Virus record (IMG/VR): IMGVR_UViG_3300034062_008235
Location: 27,058-91,057 of that record
DNA: 64,000 nt
Reading direction: 5' to 3' (one strand)
DNA from: a virus
Shown here: positions 40,004 to 48,526 of the stretch, in pieces
Layout of the letters: the number at the start of each line of letters is the position of its first letter
Position numbering within the stretch: position 1 is the stretch's first letter
Position numbers and translations under genes: made by a program
The notes under the pieces: generated by a model
Told to the model about the DNA's origin: nothing
What the model saw: the letters and a program-made list of their open reading frames with translations, nothing else
The model's database searches: none

Positions 40004-40348
40004 ATGAATAGCAAAAATAAAATGCCTGAATGGTACGAAATTTATCCGCAAGGAACTTTAGAAGGCGAAGAAGAGAAGAAATTTTTCATTAGCTTAACAA
40101 GAAATAAGAAATATAAAAATTGGCGCAGTGTTTCCGCAATATCTAAAGAAACAAATATTCCAGACAAAAAAATAGAAGAATTAATTTTTAAATACAACAA
40201 AACAGGATTAGTTATCCAAAATCCATCAAATAGTGAATTTTGGGGATATTATCACAACAATCTTGACATTATTCCAAAAAAACAAGGATCGGTTATTGAA
40301 GAAGAAAGAAAAAAGCTTTTAAATAAAAAATTAAATCCTTCACCTTAA
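40004..40348 (+). CDS. winged-HTH-like protein
   Basis: WRSVSAISKETNIP...KTGLV; start revised to 40004. Confidence 0.6.
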   Translation: MNSKNKMPEWYEIYPQGTLEGEEEKKFFISLTRNKKYKNWRSVSAISKETNIPDKKIEELIFKYNKTGLVIQNPSNSEFWGYYHNNLDIIPKKQGSVIEEERKKLLNKKLNPSP

Positions 40349-40351
40349 ATT

Positions 40352-40582
40352 TTAAGCCATTCTTTCATGATGAGTGTATTTGAATTGACCATGATCTACT
40401 TTTCTATCATCAACTTTTGGACCCATCTTAAATAAAGCGTCAGCAGCTGTAGGCATAAAATAACCAGCAGGATAATGAGAACGAATATAGGCATCGGGAT
40501 AAGCCCAATGGGCTATCCCTGTTCTTCTTATTGATTCAAAAAGATCTGAATCTCTCTTTTCTATATATTCAATAAATTTCAT
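40352..40582 (-). CDS. small protein, paralog A
   Basis: MKFIEY...IAHWAYPDAYIRSHYPAGYFMPTAADA. Confidence 0.75.
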   Translation of the reverse strand: MKFIEYIEKRDSDLFESIRRTGIAHWAYPDAYIRSHYPAGYFMPTAADALFKMGPKVDDRKVDHGQFKYTHHERMA

Positions 40583-40584
40583 TA

Positions 40585-40803
40585 TTATGCCCCTAGTTCT
40601 TTAGGACCACCTCTCGCAATCTTGGTAGCTTGTAGTTTAAATGCTGCGTCAGCGGCAGTTGGGTAGAAGTAACCGTCTGTGTACTGACCTCGTGCATAAA
40701 GGCTTGGATAAGCATAAGGAGCGATACCACCACGCTTAGCATTTTCGTTAACAGTTGGAATCCTGAGATTGTTGTCACTAGCCCAATTTGTAAATGTTTT
40801 CAT
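40585..40803 (-). CDS. small protein, paralog B
   Basis: MKTFTNW...IAPYAYPSLYARGQYTDGYFYPTAADA. Confidence 0.75.
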   Translation of the reverse strand: MKTFTNWASDNNLRIPTVNENAKRGGIAPYAYPSLYARGQYTDGYFYPTAADAAFKLQATKIARGGPKELGA

Positions 40804-40869
40804 TTATTTGCTCCAAAAAAAAATTCCCTTATTCTTATTTAGATAGATCGCTTCATTTTTATATAAAAC

Positions 40870-41430
40870 ATGCTTAAAAAAACACTACAATTGACATGTA
40901 CAACTATTCAAGAAGTTGAAGAAAACTTAGGTGTTGAAAAGATAACAATATGCCCAATATGTAAAACATTTTGTAATATGGACGAAATTAACAATCAGAA
41001 TAATTTTTGTATTTATTGCTCAAAAAAAATAGATCAATTTAAGCAAATAAAAGTGTTTACTTTTAAACCATGTTTTTATTTTTTTTACAAAATAGGAATT
41101 TCTAAAAATGATTTAGAGTCATTGGAATATGAGCAAATGAAATTTGGAATAAGAAATAATTTCTTAGAATATAATTACAACAACATGATATGGTATGTGT
41201 ATAACGATATAGAAACAAGTATTTTGTATAATAAAGTTTTAGAACTTTTTGATTTTTATAAAAAAATAGAATTTAGTAATAAGATGTGCATAAAGAACAG
41301 TATCGATAAATATAAACACATGTTTGTAAACAAAAAAAAATATATTTCTGTTAACATGGTTGTTTCTGACTTTTCCAATGATGCATTAAATTTTTCAAGT
41401 TTCTTATCAAGAGAACGAATTTTTATTTGA
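40870..41430 (+). CDS. Zn-finger hypothetical protein
   Basis: CPIC...CIYC. Confidence 0.65.
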   Translation: MLKKTLQLTCTTIQEVEENLGVEKITICPICKTFCNMDEINNQNNFCIYCSKKIDQFKQIKVFTFKPCFYFFYKIGISKNDLESLEYEQMKFGIRNNFLEYNYNNMIWYVYNDIETSILYNKVLELFDFYKKIEFSNKMCIKNSIDKYKHMFVNKKKYISVNMVVSDFSNDALNFSSFLSRERIFI

Positions 41431-41511
41431 CATAATTAGCGAATAATACTAATTTAATGGTGTTACTATTGCGTCCTAATTGGACGCTAGGTGCATGTGA
41501 AGGAGAGAATA

Positions 41512-41892
41512 ATGACCACGGTAAATAAGAAGATTGTTAAGTCTATTGCTAAGGCTTCTGTTAAGACTGCTGTTAAGAGTAAGACAACTCTACCCGCTAA
41601 CAGCATTCGCTACAAGATTATCACTAAGCTTGATGGCGCAAACGAAGTCTATGAAGCAACAGCAGAAATTTCGGGATTTAAGGCTACTAAGGTTCTTCGC
41701 AGTGATGGTGGAACTGTTTTCACTACTCGTTCTGCTCTTACTAAGGCATGTCGAGATCGAGCAAACGCTTTAAAGCGTTTGCCTATTTTTGATCTTGGCA
41801 CACTTTCTTCGGCTAAGAGTCCTAAGTCTAAGAAAGTTTCAACTTTTATGCCAACAAGTGGTGTTTGTCCGGTTACGGGCGTGTCAGCCTGA
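41512..41892 (+). CDS. basic Lys/Ala-rich protein, probable early gene
   Basis: AGGAG RBS, upstream TTGACA at 41427, downstream hairpin 41910-41955. Confidence 0.7.
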   Translation: MTTVNKKIVKSIAKASVKTAVKSKTTLPANSIRYKIITKLDGANEVYEATAEISGFKATKVLRSDGGTVFTTRSALTKACRDRANALKRLPIFDLGTLSSAKSPKSKKVSTFMPTSGVCPVTGVSA

Positions 41893-43347
41893 AATTGCCT
41901 TTAAATCAGAAAGACAAGACTCGATCACATTTTTAAATGATCGAGTTTTGTCTTTTCTACATATCTTAATATTGGGATACCATTCTGAACAAGATTCTGT
42001 CTTACCCCAACGCCAATCAGGTTTATCGCTTACAATTACAGTGCTGGGTATGCCTACAGATCCTGCGATATGAATTGGTAAACTATCTATTCCAATAAAA
42101 TAATCCATTTTTTCTAGCCATCCAACTGTATCTTCAATTGATTCCAGTTTATCTGACAAATCAATAATTTTGTATTTTTCTAAATTATTTGAATAGTCAA
42201 CAATATTGTCTGAATAAGAATATTTTCTTGGTCGTTTATCTTTTTGAAAAGAATAAACTTCATATTTGTCTAAATCTATTTGACTTAAGAAATCTTCTGC
42301 ATAACAACTTCTTTGATAATCCATTGGGTGTGACGCATTTCCTGCCCAAACAATTCCAATTCTTTTTATTGTTTTTTTATATGAGTAATTGCCAAGTTTG
42401 TAAGGTTTTGGAATTTCTTTTATTCCCATGTGATAAGGTAAGCTTAAAAGTGATATTCCATACTTTGTTGTTGGTTTTATTTCTTTTTCTACTCTCAAAT
42501 TTTTACAAATCAATTGAAAATTTTCATTGGCAACAAAATAAGAATTTTTATATTCGTTTTGAAATTCCTGAACAAATCTTAAAAACATTAAATTATCACC
42601 GATCCCTTGTTCCATGAAAACACAAAAATCCATATCCTTATTTAATTTTTCTGGTTTTTGAAGCTTGTTAATCTCCATGTATTTTATCAAATTAGAATAA
42701 CACTTGTATCTTGCTTCATAGTGACTCCATGCTAAATCATATTTTTTTTGAAAAGCTAAAGAATAAAAATAATCTACCTCTACATCTTTATGACATTCTT
42801 CATGCTTTAAAGCTAATTTAAAACTTATTTCTGACTCCTGATATCTTCCAATATCAGCTAAACAACAAGCTTTGTTTGCATGGTAATACCATTGATTCGG
42901 ATCAAGTTCTATGGCTTTATTAAGTTTTTTAATAGCTATATCATGTTTATTGATTTGAGTTAATGGTAATGCTTGATTGCAGTAATAAGCTGCTTTTTTA
43001 TCATTAATAATAATAGCTTTTTGAGCTGCTATTATAGCTTCAACAAATTTTCTTTTATCTTTCAAATGAATTGAATAATTGTTCCAATCATCAGGATTGT
43101 TGTATCTTTCACAAATTTCAGGGAATAACTTGTCATTTTCTGCTATTTTGCCTAGTTTTTGTTTTATTATTGTAAGCAATTGGTGATATTTATGTTCATC
43201 AAAAACTTTAACAGCTTGTTCTAATATCGTATCGGCAATTATGAAATTTTTATATTTCAATAATTCTTTCAACTTATCATCAAGGTTTTTTTTTGTTTCT
43301 TCTAAATTAATTTCTGTATTTTGTTCCATAAAAATATTCACTTTCAT
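41884..43347 (-). CDS. TPR + glycosyltransferase family 9-like protein
   Basis: TPR repeats, EQGIGD, IGIVWAG, IDSLPIHIAGSVG.P, DWRWG, WYP. Confidence 0.88.
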   Translation of the reverse strand: MKVNIFMEQNTEINLEETKKNLDDKLKELLKYKNFIIADTILEQAVKVFDEHKYHQLLTIIKQKLGKIAENDKLFPEICERYNNPDDWNNYSIHLKDKRKFVEAIIAAQKAIIINDKKAAYYCNQALPLTQINKHDIAIKKLNKAIELDPNQWYYHANKACCLADIGRYQESEISFKLALKHEECHKDVEVDYFYSLAFQKKYDLAWSHYEARYKCYSNLIKYMEINKLQKPEKLNKDMDFCVFMEQGIGDNLMFLRFVQEFQNEYKNSYFVANENFQLICKNLRVEKEIKPTTKYGISLLSLPYHMGIKEIPKPYKLGNYSYKKTIKRIGIVWAGNASHPMDYQRSCYAEDFLSQIDLDKYEVYSFQKDKRPRKYSYSDNIVDYSNNLEKYKIIDLSDKLESIEDTVGWLEKMDYFIGIDSLPIHIAGSVGIPSTVIVSDKPDWRWGKTESCSEWYPNIKICRKDKTRSFKNVIESCLSDLKAISG

Positions 43348-43372
43348 ATATATAATAGTTAAATGAGGTGTA

Positions 43373-43462
43373 ATGAAATTTGATCAATTTCTAAAATCGA
43401 GGAATAAATTAATAAATATTTTGAATGAAACAAGAAACGAGTCTCCAGAGAAATTGTATTAA
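43373..43462 (+). CDS. 29-aa micro-ORF with CTS-like sequence
   Basis: GAGGTG 2 nt upstream; MKFDQFLKSRNKLINILNETRNESPEKLY*. Confidence 0.4.
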   Translation: MKFDQFLKSRNKLINILNETRNESPEKLY

Positions 43463-43522
43463 AAAATATGATAGAGAGGTTGAGAAAATCATTTAAATTA
43501 CACTGGTTTTTCAGGAGGACTT

Positions 43523-43738
43523 ATGGCTTGCGGATGCGGAAAAAAAGGTAATTTACCTCAAAGAAACGTGAACGGTGCTAAGCCAGCTATTAGACAAAAT
43601 ATAGTTCGATCTGCTGGCAATAATCAACCACAAATACAAACTGAACAAACTACTCCTGTCGGGATGGATAGAAATCGTCTTGAAATTGAGAAGAAAAGAA
43701 GAGAATCTATAAGAAAATCTTTAGGAAAAATGATTTGA
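43523..43738 (+). CDS. small basic protein with N-terminal CGCG
   Basis: MACGCGKK; AGGAGG RBS. Confidence 0.75.
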   Translation: MACGCGKKGNLPQRNVNGAKPAIRQNIVRSAGNNQPQIQTEQTTPVGMDRNRLEIEKKRRESIRKSLGKMI

Positions 43739-43778
43739 ATAAGTATATACACAAAATCAAGTTTTTTGGAGAATAAAC

Positions 43779-44648
43779 ATGCTAAATTATGAAAAATGGA
43801 AAAAGCTCAATGAAAGCTTTATGATGTCTAACCCAATGAGAGTAACATCTCCAAAAGGACTTTTGGCTTACACTCCTCTTCATGAGAAGATGGAAGATGA
43901 AGACATGGAAGATGAAGATGAAGAAGATATGGAAGATGAAGAAGATATGGAAGAAGAAGATGAAGACGAAGATGAAGACGTAGATGTAGACATGGAAGAT
44001 GAAGACGAAGACGAAGATGAAGAAGACATGGAAGATGAAGAAGACATGGAAGATGAAGACGAAGATGAAGAAGACATGGAAGATGAAGAAGATGATCATG
44101 AAGGTCATCATCACCACGAAGAAGATGACGAAGAAGATGAAGAAGATGAAGATGACATGGAAGATGAAGTAGACATGCAAGATGAGACTGGCGAAGTAGA
44201 AGTTGTTGAAGATGGAGACGAAGACAGTCCTCACGATCATGGCAAAATGGTTGTTGCTAAAAAATGTGGTTATTGTGGCTCATACATGAAGGCAGAAAGT
44301 ACTAGCACTTTTGATAGCACTCCCGATTTTCAGGAATGGCTTGAAAGCGTTAACTCAATCATTAATCCTCGTATTAACAGCAGATTGAATGGCGATATTC
44401 TTAACGAAGGTGCTATTCCGCCACAGTTTGTTAAGTACATAAAAGCAAAGAAAAAGGGTAAAAAAGTTTTAGATAAAACTCCAAGCAAGAAGGGCAAGAA
44501 GGTTCCTGTAAAGAAAAAAGGCAAAAAGACCGTAAGTAAAAAGCCAGCGAAGAAATGTAACTGCAATTCTACAGAAATGAAGGTAATGCCTAAGAAATCA
44601 AGATGCATGACTAGCAAAAAGTCTTGGAAAAATTCACCTAAGAAGTGA
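43779..44648 (+). CDS. acidic/basic bipolar disordered protein (possible prohead core or internal protein)
   Basis: About 110 aa D/E/M tract, then IPPQF and a Lys-rich tail; starts MLNYEKWKKLNE. Confidence 0.8.
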   Translation: MLNYEKWKKLNESFMMSNPMRVTSPKGLLAYTPLHEKMEDEDMEDEDEEDMEDEEDMEEEDEDEDEDVDVDMEDEDEDEDEEDMEDEEDMEDEDEDEEDMEDEEDDHEGHHHHEEDDEEDEEDEDDMEDEVDMQDETGEVEVVEDGDEDSPHDHGKMVVAKKCGYCGSYMKAESTSTFDSTPDFQEWLESVNSIINPRINSRLNGDILNEGAIPPQFVKYIKAKKKGKKVLDKTPSKKGKKVPVKKKGKKTVSKKPAKKCNCNSTEMKVMPKKSRCMTSKKSWKNSPKK

Positions 44649-44663
44649 ATGAAATAAAAATTC

Positions 44664-44702
44664 AATTAAACCCCTGATGCAGTTAGTATCAGGGGTTTAA
44701 TT
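44664..44702. terminator. bidirectional terminator
   Basis: AATTAAACCCCTGAT/ATCAGGGGTTTAATT between convergent genes. Confidence 0.8.
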
Positions 44703-44711
44703 ATTTTATGA

Positions 44712-45644
44712 TTAGATGTTTATTATGTCAACAATTTGTTTGACTAGTTCGTTTGGCATAAAATTATAAATAAAATTTAATAGTTTAGAAGCTTTTGCCC
44801 TGTCACAATTATTTATGGTATTTCTGATTACCATATCATCGTATCCAAAACAATTGTATGAAATTTTTTCATCCACTTCATTTATAGACCAAAACTTTTC
44901 CCATATTTTATCTTGCATTGCATAATAGACAAATTCGACAATATTGTATATTAAAGCAATATACTCAGGTTTAGTAACCCACCAAGAACTTAATACTCGA
45001 TATTCAATCCCATAAATTTTAGAACGATATGCTCCAGCTTTCCCAAATGCTTGTCTTCTGTTGGCTTGCGTCATATCTTTGTCTAAAACTACGCTTGGTA
45101 TTCCTAAGAATAAATCAAGCATATAAACAAACAAAGGCTTTACAACGGGATCTTGTAAGTTTTTATCGTTAACATCTATTCCGATGTGAATATGACCGCC
45201 ACATGTTCTAAATCTACTATTCTTTATAAAATTTTCAATATCTTTGTTAAATTCTAAAGTATAAGCATTTGTTTCATCGTTACATCCGTTTTCACTAGCA
45301 TTTTCATCTTTTGTTATTGATAAGTCAATAATTGACGCAGCAGTGAAATTTAATTTACAAGGAGCAGCCAACTTTTCTAGAAGATACAATCCATTTGTAA
45401 TGTTTGCTACAAAATCTTTGCCATTATCACATGGAGGAATATTAAATTCTGCCAAAATGTTATCATAATAAATTTTTATTTTTTGCTTTTTGTAAGGATC
45501 GTGCTTTGATTGTTTAATATGCTTTGCAGCATTAACAATCTGATTAGATGAATCACGCAGAAAGCATTCGACATCTGATCCGATTTGCACTGGATGCTCC
45601 TTGGTGTGACAAATTAAATTAGAATTGTTAAACAAATTATTCAA
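44712..45644 (-). CDS. phiEco32-like COOH.NH2 ligase (amidoligase type 2)
   Basis: IGSDVE, DN.LAEFNIPP, GGHIHIG, RR..FGKAG.YR, YGIEYRVLS.WW. Confidence 0.88.
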   Translation of the reverse strand: MNNLFNNSNLICHTKEHPVQIGSDVECFLRDSSNQIVNAAKHIKQSKHDPYKKQKIKIYYDNILAEFNIPPCDNGKDFVANITNGLYLLEKLAAPCKLNFTAASIIDLSITKDENASENGCNDETNAYTLEFNKDIENFIKNSRFRTCGGHIHIGIDVNDKNLQDPVVKPLFVYMLDLFLGIPSVVLDKDMTQANRRQAFGKAGAYRSKIYGIEYRVLSSWWVTKPEYIALIYNIVEFVYYAMQDKIWEKFWSINEVDEKISYNCFGYDDMVIRNTINNCDRAKASKLLNFIYNFMPNELVKQIVDIINI

Positions 45645-45692
45645 GTTAAAAGCTTAATTTACTATATATTAAATATAAACGGTGATAATTCA

Positions 45693-46496
45693 ATGCTTAC
45701 AACAAGTGATATAGTTTTTGTTTTTAGTGGTGGTCAAGGTAACTATGATCCATTTCAAAGTATTGGTGGAAATCCTTCAGTTATTGAAATTGGTGAAATA
45801 TCTCAAGGTCTTTTCAATTCGTTAACAGATGAACAATTGAAGTCAGGCATAACTGATTATAGATGTTTCTATATCTTCAATCAAAGTGACACTGAATCAT
45901 TGTATGATTTTTCTGTTTACAATCAAAATTCCAGTTCAGCTGTTTGTTATATAGGATTAGATAAAAAGAACGATATTCAAAAAATAACATTAAGCGGTTC
46001 TCCAATAAGCGGCAACTTGGTTCTCAATTATGATGGTGATGATTTTACAGTAGAATTTTCTTCTAATACACAACAATTAGCTTTGAATTTTCAACAACAG
46101 TTGATTGACTTGGGATTGCTTGGTGTAATTGTAACAACTGAAGCTAAAACAGGTTACTATAATATTCTTATAAATTTTGAATCAGATTCTGGATTTAAAT
46201 ATCATCCTTTAATTTCACTTGTTTCAAACAATCTGTCTCCGTCTACTGAATTCTTTATTAACAAAATTCAAGATGGATCACCAATAAATATTATTGTACC
46301 AAAAACACAAAGTATTTTATCAGAACCAGAAAATATTACTTTTGATCTTATTACCCCTATTAATCCAATATATTTAGCAAGTTTAAAACCTAATGAAGGT
46401 ATCCCGATTTGGCTCAAAAGAGTAGTTCCGGCAGGAACATCTAAAAGTGGAGCACTAAACTTTCAATTTAAAATAAAAGGGAGAATCATATCTTGA
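45693..46496 (+). CDS. putative virion structural protein
   Basis: SGG..N.DP..SIGG, DYRCFYIFN, PIWLKRVVP. Confidence 0.6.
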   Translation: MLTTSDIVFVFSGGQGNYDPFQSIGGNPSVIEIGEISQGLFNSLTDEQLKSGITDYRCFYIFNQSDTESLYDFSVYNQNSSSAVCYIGLDKKNDIQKITLSGSPISGNLVLNYDGDDFTVEFSSNTQQLALNFQQQLIDLGLLGVIVTTEAKTGYYNILINFESDSGFKYHPLISLVSNNLSPSTEFFINKIQDGSPINIIVPKTQSILSEPENITFDLITPINPIYLASLKPNEGIPIWLKRVVPAGTSKSGALNFQFKIKGRIIS

Positions 46497-46774
46497 CAAA
46501 AGTATGTCCTATCTGTAAATCAGATTATAAGCATATTGCAAACAAGCATAGGCTAGGATGTTCTTTTTGCTATTTTACCTTCAAAACAGAAATGTATTAT
46601 GTATTCAAAGTAAAACAAGATAATAGTTATACTCACAAAGGTAAAATACCAACAAATTATATTGACCCCATGAGCATGTTTATAAATAATCAAATTGACA
46701 ACAAAATAACTAACGATGTAATCAGAAAAGATTTGAAAGAAAAAATTAATTTAAGTCATTTCCATGGAGATTAA
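46493..46774 (+). CDS. McsA-like Zn-binding protein
   Basis: CPIC..DY......RLGCSFCY.TF...HKGKIP matches the McsA central domain. Confidence 0.7.
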   Translation: MTKVCPICKSDYKHIANKHRLGCSFCYFTFKTEMYYVFKVKQDNSYTHKGKIPTNYIDPMSMFINNQIDNKITNDVIRKDLKEKINLSHFHGD

Positions 46775-47294
46775 AATGAAAAATTGGCAAGGAATCATGA
46801 AAATTGATGAAATCATTCAAAAAGATCATGATGGAAAAGTAATCTATAAAGAAGAAAATATCTATAACATTCTTCACGCCCAAGGTGAAGAAAGAATCTT
46901 ATCAGCGGTGTTTTTAGGTGGTCCTACGAACAACACATATATACCTTCTAATTATTATCTTGGGCTTGATAATAGAGCTACAATCTCATCTAATCAGACA
47001 TTGGCAAACTTGTCAGGAGAACCATCCGGGAACGGTTATAGCCGACAACCAGCTAGTTCTGTTACAGGATTCTCTATTGTAAACAATGGTGGTGTTTATC
47101 AGGCAAGAAGCAATGTAATTATATTTGCTGCTGTAGTTGGATCTTGGGGTCCAGTAATCAATCTGTTTCTGACAGATGCAAGTTCTGGAACATCAGGAAA
47201 TCTTTATAGCACAGCTGTATTGGCTTCTCCTATTATTATCTCTGCCGGAGAAACAATTAGCGTTAGATTTTCTTTGGCTCTAAAAAATTGCTAA
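46764..47294 (+). CDS. putative virion structural protein
   Basis: YLGLD, EPSGNGY.RQ, F.A..GSWGPV. Confidence 0.6.
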   Translation: MEIKMKNWQGIMKIDEIIQKDHDGKVIYKEENIYNILHAQGEERILSAVFLGGPTNNTYIPSNYYLGLDNRATISSNQTLANLSGEPSGNGYSRQPASSVTGFSIVNNGGVYQARSNVIIFAAVVGSWGPVINLFLTDASSGTSGNLYSTAVLASPIIISAGETISVRFSLALKNC

Positions 47295-47706
47295 TCTCAT
47301 CCATAAAAACATAATTATTCATTAATAAGCTTATATCAGCAATGCATATGTAATGCGAATTACTTTTATCAAGTATGAAAAATGTTAATTTTTCTTTTCC
47401 ATCATTGTCAGTATTCAGAATATCTTCAATGTCTATTTTAAGTTTTTGTGGATTAAAATTAATTGTAATATAACTGTCTTTTATCGAATTTTCAAACTGT
47501 TTGTTTTTAACAATAACTTCGCTTTTTCTTGAATTGGAGTTTACTCTGTATCTTGTTGCTAATTCCTGAACAAAAGAAAAATCTAAGTTTTTTTTGTTTT
47601 GATTTATAATTGTAGTAAAACCTTCACCTTCAACTTCCCTGCCTTCATGTAGATCATTTCGAGCATCTTCAGATAAGAAAATCATGTGATTGTAAATGTC
47701 GTTCAT
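47263..47706 (-). CDS. hypothetical protein
   Basis: ORF downstream of nuclease; likely start MNDIY. Confidence 0.6.
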   Translation of the reverse strand: MNDIYNHMIFLSEDARNDLHEGREVEGEGFTTIINQNKKNLDFSFVQELATRYRVNSNSRKSEVIVKNKQFENSIKDSYITINFNPQKLKIDIEDILNTDNDGKEKLTFFILDKSNSHYICIADISLLMNNYVFMDEISNFLEPKKI

Positions 47707-47714
47707 AGTGTTTA

Positions 47715-48470
47715 CTATACACTCCTTCCATAAGGGCACACATCATGGTAGTCGCATCTTTTACAATGATTGCCCACATTGGGTTTAGCCGAGCTTTCAT
47801 CAATTGATTCAATTAGATTATAATCTTTTGTTAAAAAATCAATAGCATCTTGCATTTGAGCTTCAGTATAATTTGTGCAAACTAATTTTTTATTTTCAAG
47901 GTAATATAAACAACAAAAAACTTTGCTAGGATCTAGTTTGAATTCTTTGCACACATAATAAGCATATGTTCTTAGTTGTAAATCTTGCTTAATTGTGTTG
48001 TTGTCTTTCTGGTAGAAACCAGCTTTTGTTGTTTTATAATCAAGTATCATTGTTTTATCTTCATTGAATACTATTCTATCGACATATCCAAGAAGAAGCT
48101 TTTCATTAGGTGGCAATAAGTCTAACTTTATTTCTTGCTCAAGCAAACCTTCAAATCCAATCTTTGACGTAATCTTTTCAATATTGTCTAAGTGAACTGG
48201 TAGTTTTCTTTTATACTCTTGATTTAACTTTAAATTTTTAAATTCCTCATTAATGTTTCCACTAAGCAATCCAGAAGCAATTTCATGAATATTTTTTATG
48301 CCTTTTTCTTTTACATAAATCTCTGCTGCTTTATGCACAAGCTTTCCATAAGCAAAATATGGAGGTTCTGGTTTATTTGATATCACTTCCAAATGATATT
48401 TATAACGATATTTTACTTGGCATTCATGCCAAACACCTGACCGAGAAATTGAAATATGTTTGATTTTCAA
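47715..48470 (-). CDS. PD-(D/E)XK RecB/Cas4-like exonuclease
   Basis: C..KY.Y.Y, G.LVH, GYVDRI, LDYKT, QL.TYA, C..CDY...C. Confidence 0.87.
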   Translation of the reverse strand: MKIKHISISRSGVWHECQVKYRYKYHLEVISNKPEPPYFAYGKLVHKAAEIYVKEKGIKNIHEIASGLLSGNINEEFKNLKLNQEYKRKLPVHLDNIEKITSKIGFEGLLEQEIKLDLLPPNEKLLLGYVDRIVFNEDKTMILDYKTTKAGFYQKDNNTIKQDLQLRTYAYYVCKEFKLDPSKVFCCLYYLENKKLVCTNYTEAQMQDAIDFLTKDYNLIESIDESSAKPNVGNHCKRCDYHDVCPYGRSV

Positions 48471-48526
48471 TGAACACCTTGACTTAAAAGCTCACTTAAC
48501 TAATATAGCATAAAAGGTTTAAATCC

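Noticed and set aside
41795-41812. Additional TGGCAC as a sigma54 site
   Set aside because: Lacks TTGC at -12 and lies inside a CDS.
43782-44665. Antisense poly-Ser and Phe/Ile ORFs
   Set aside because: Shadows of the GAA/GAT repeat gene.
47715-48470. Cas4 as part of a CRISPR system
   Set aside because: No array or other cas genes; solo PD-(D/E)XK nucleases are common in phages.
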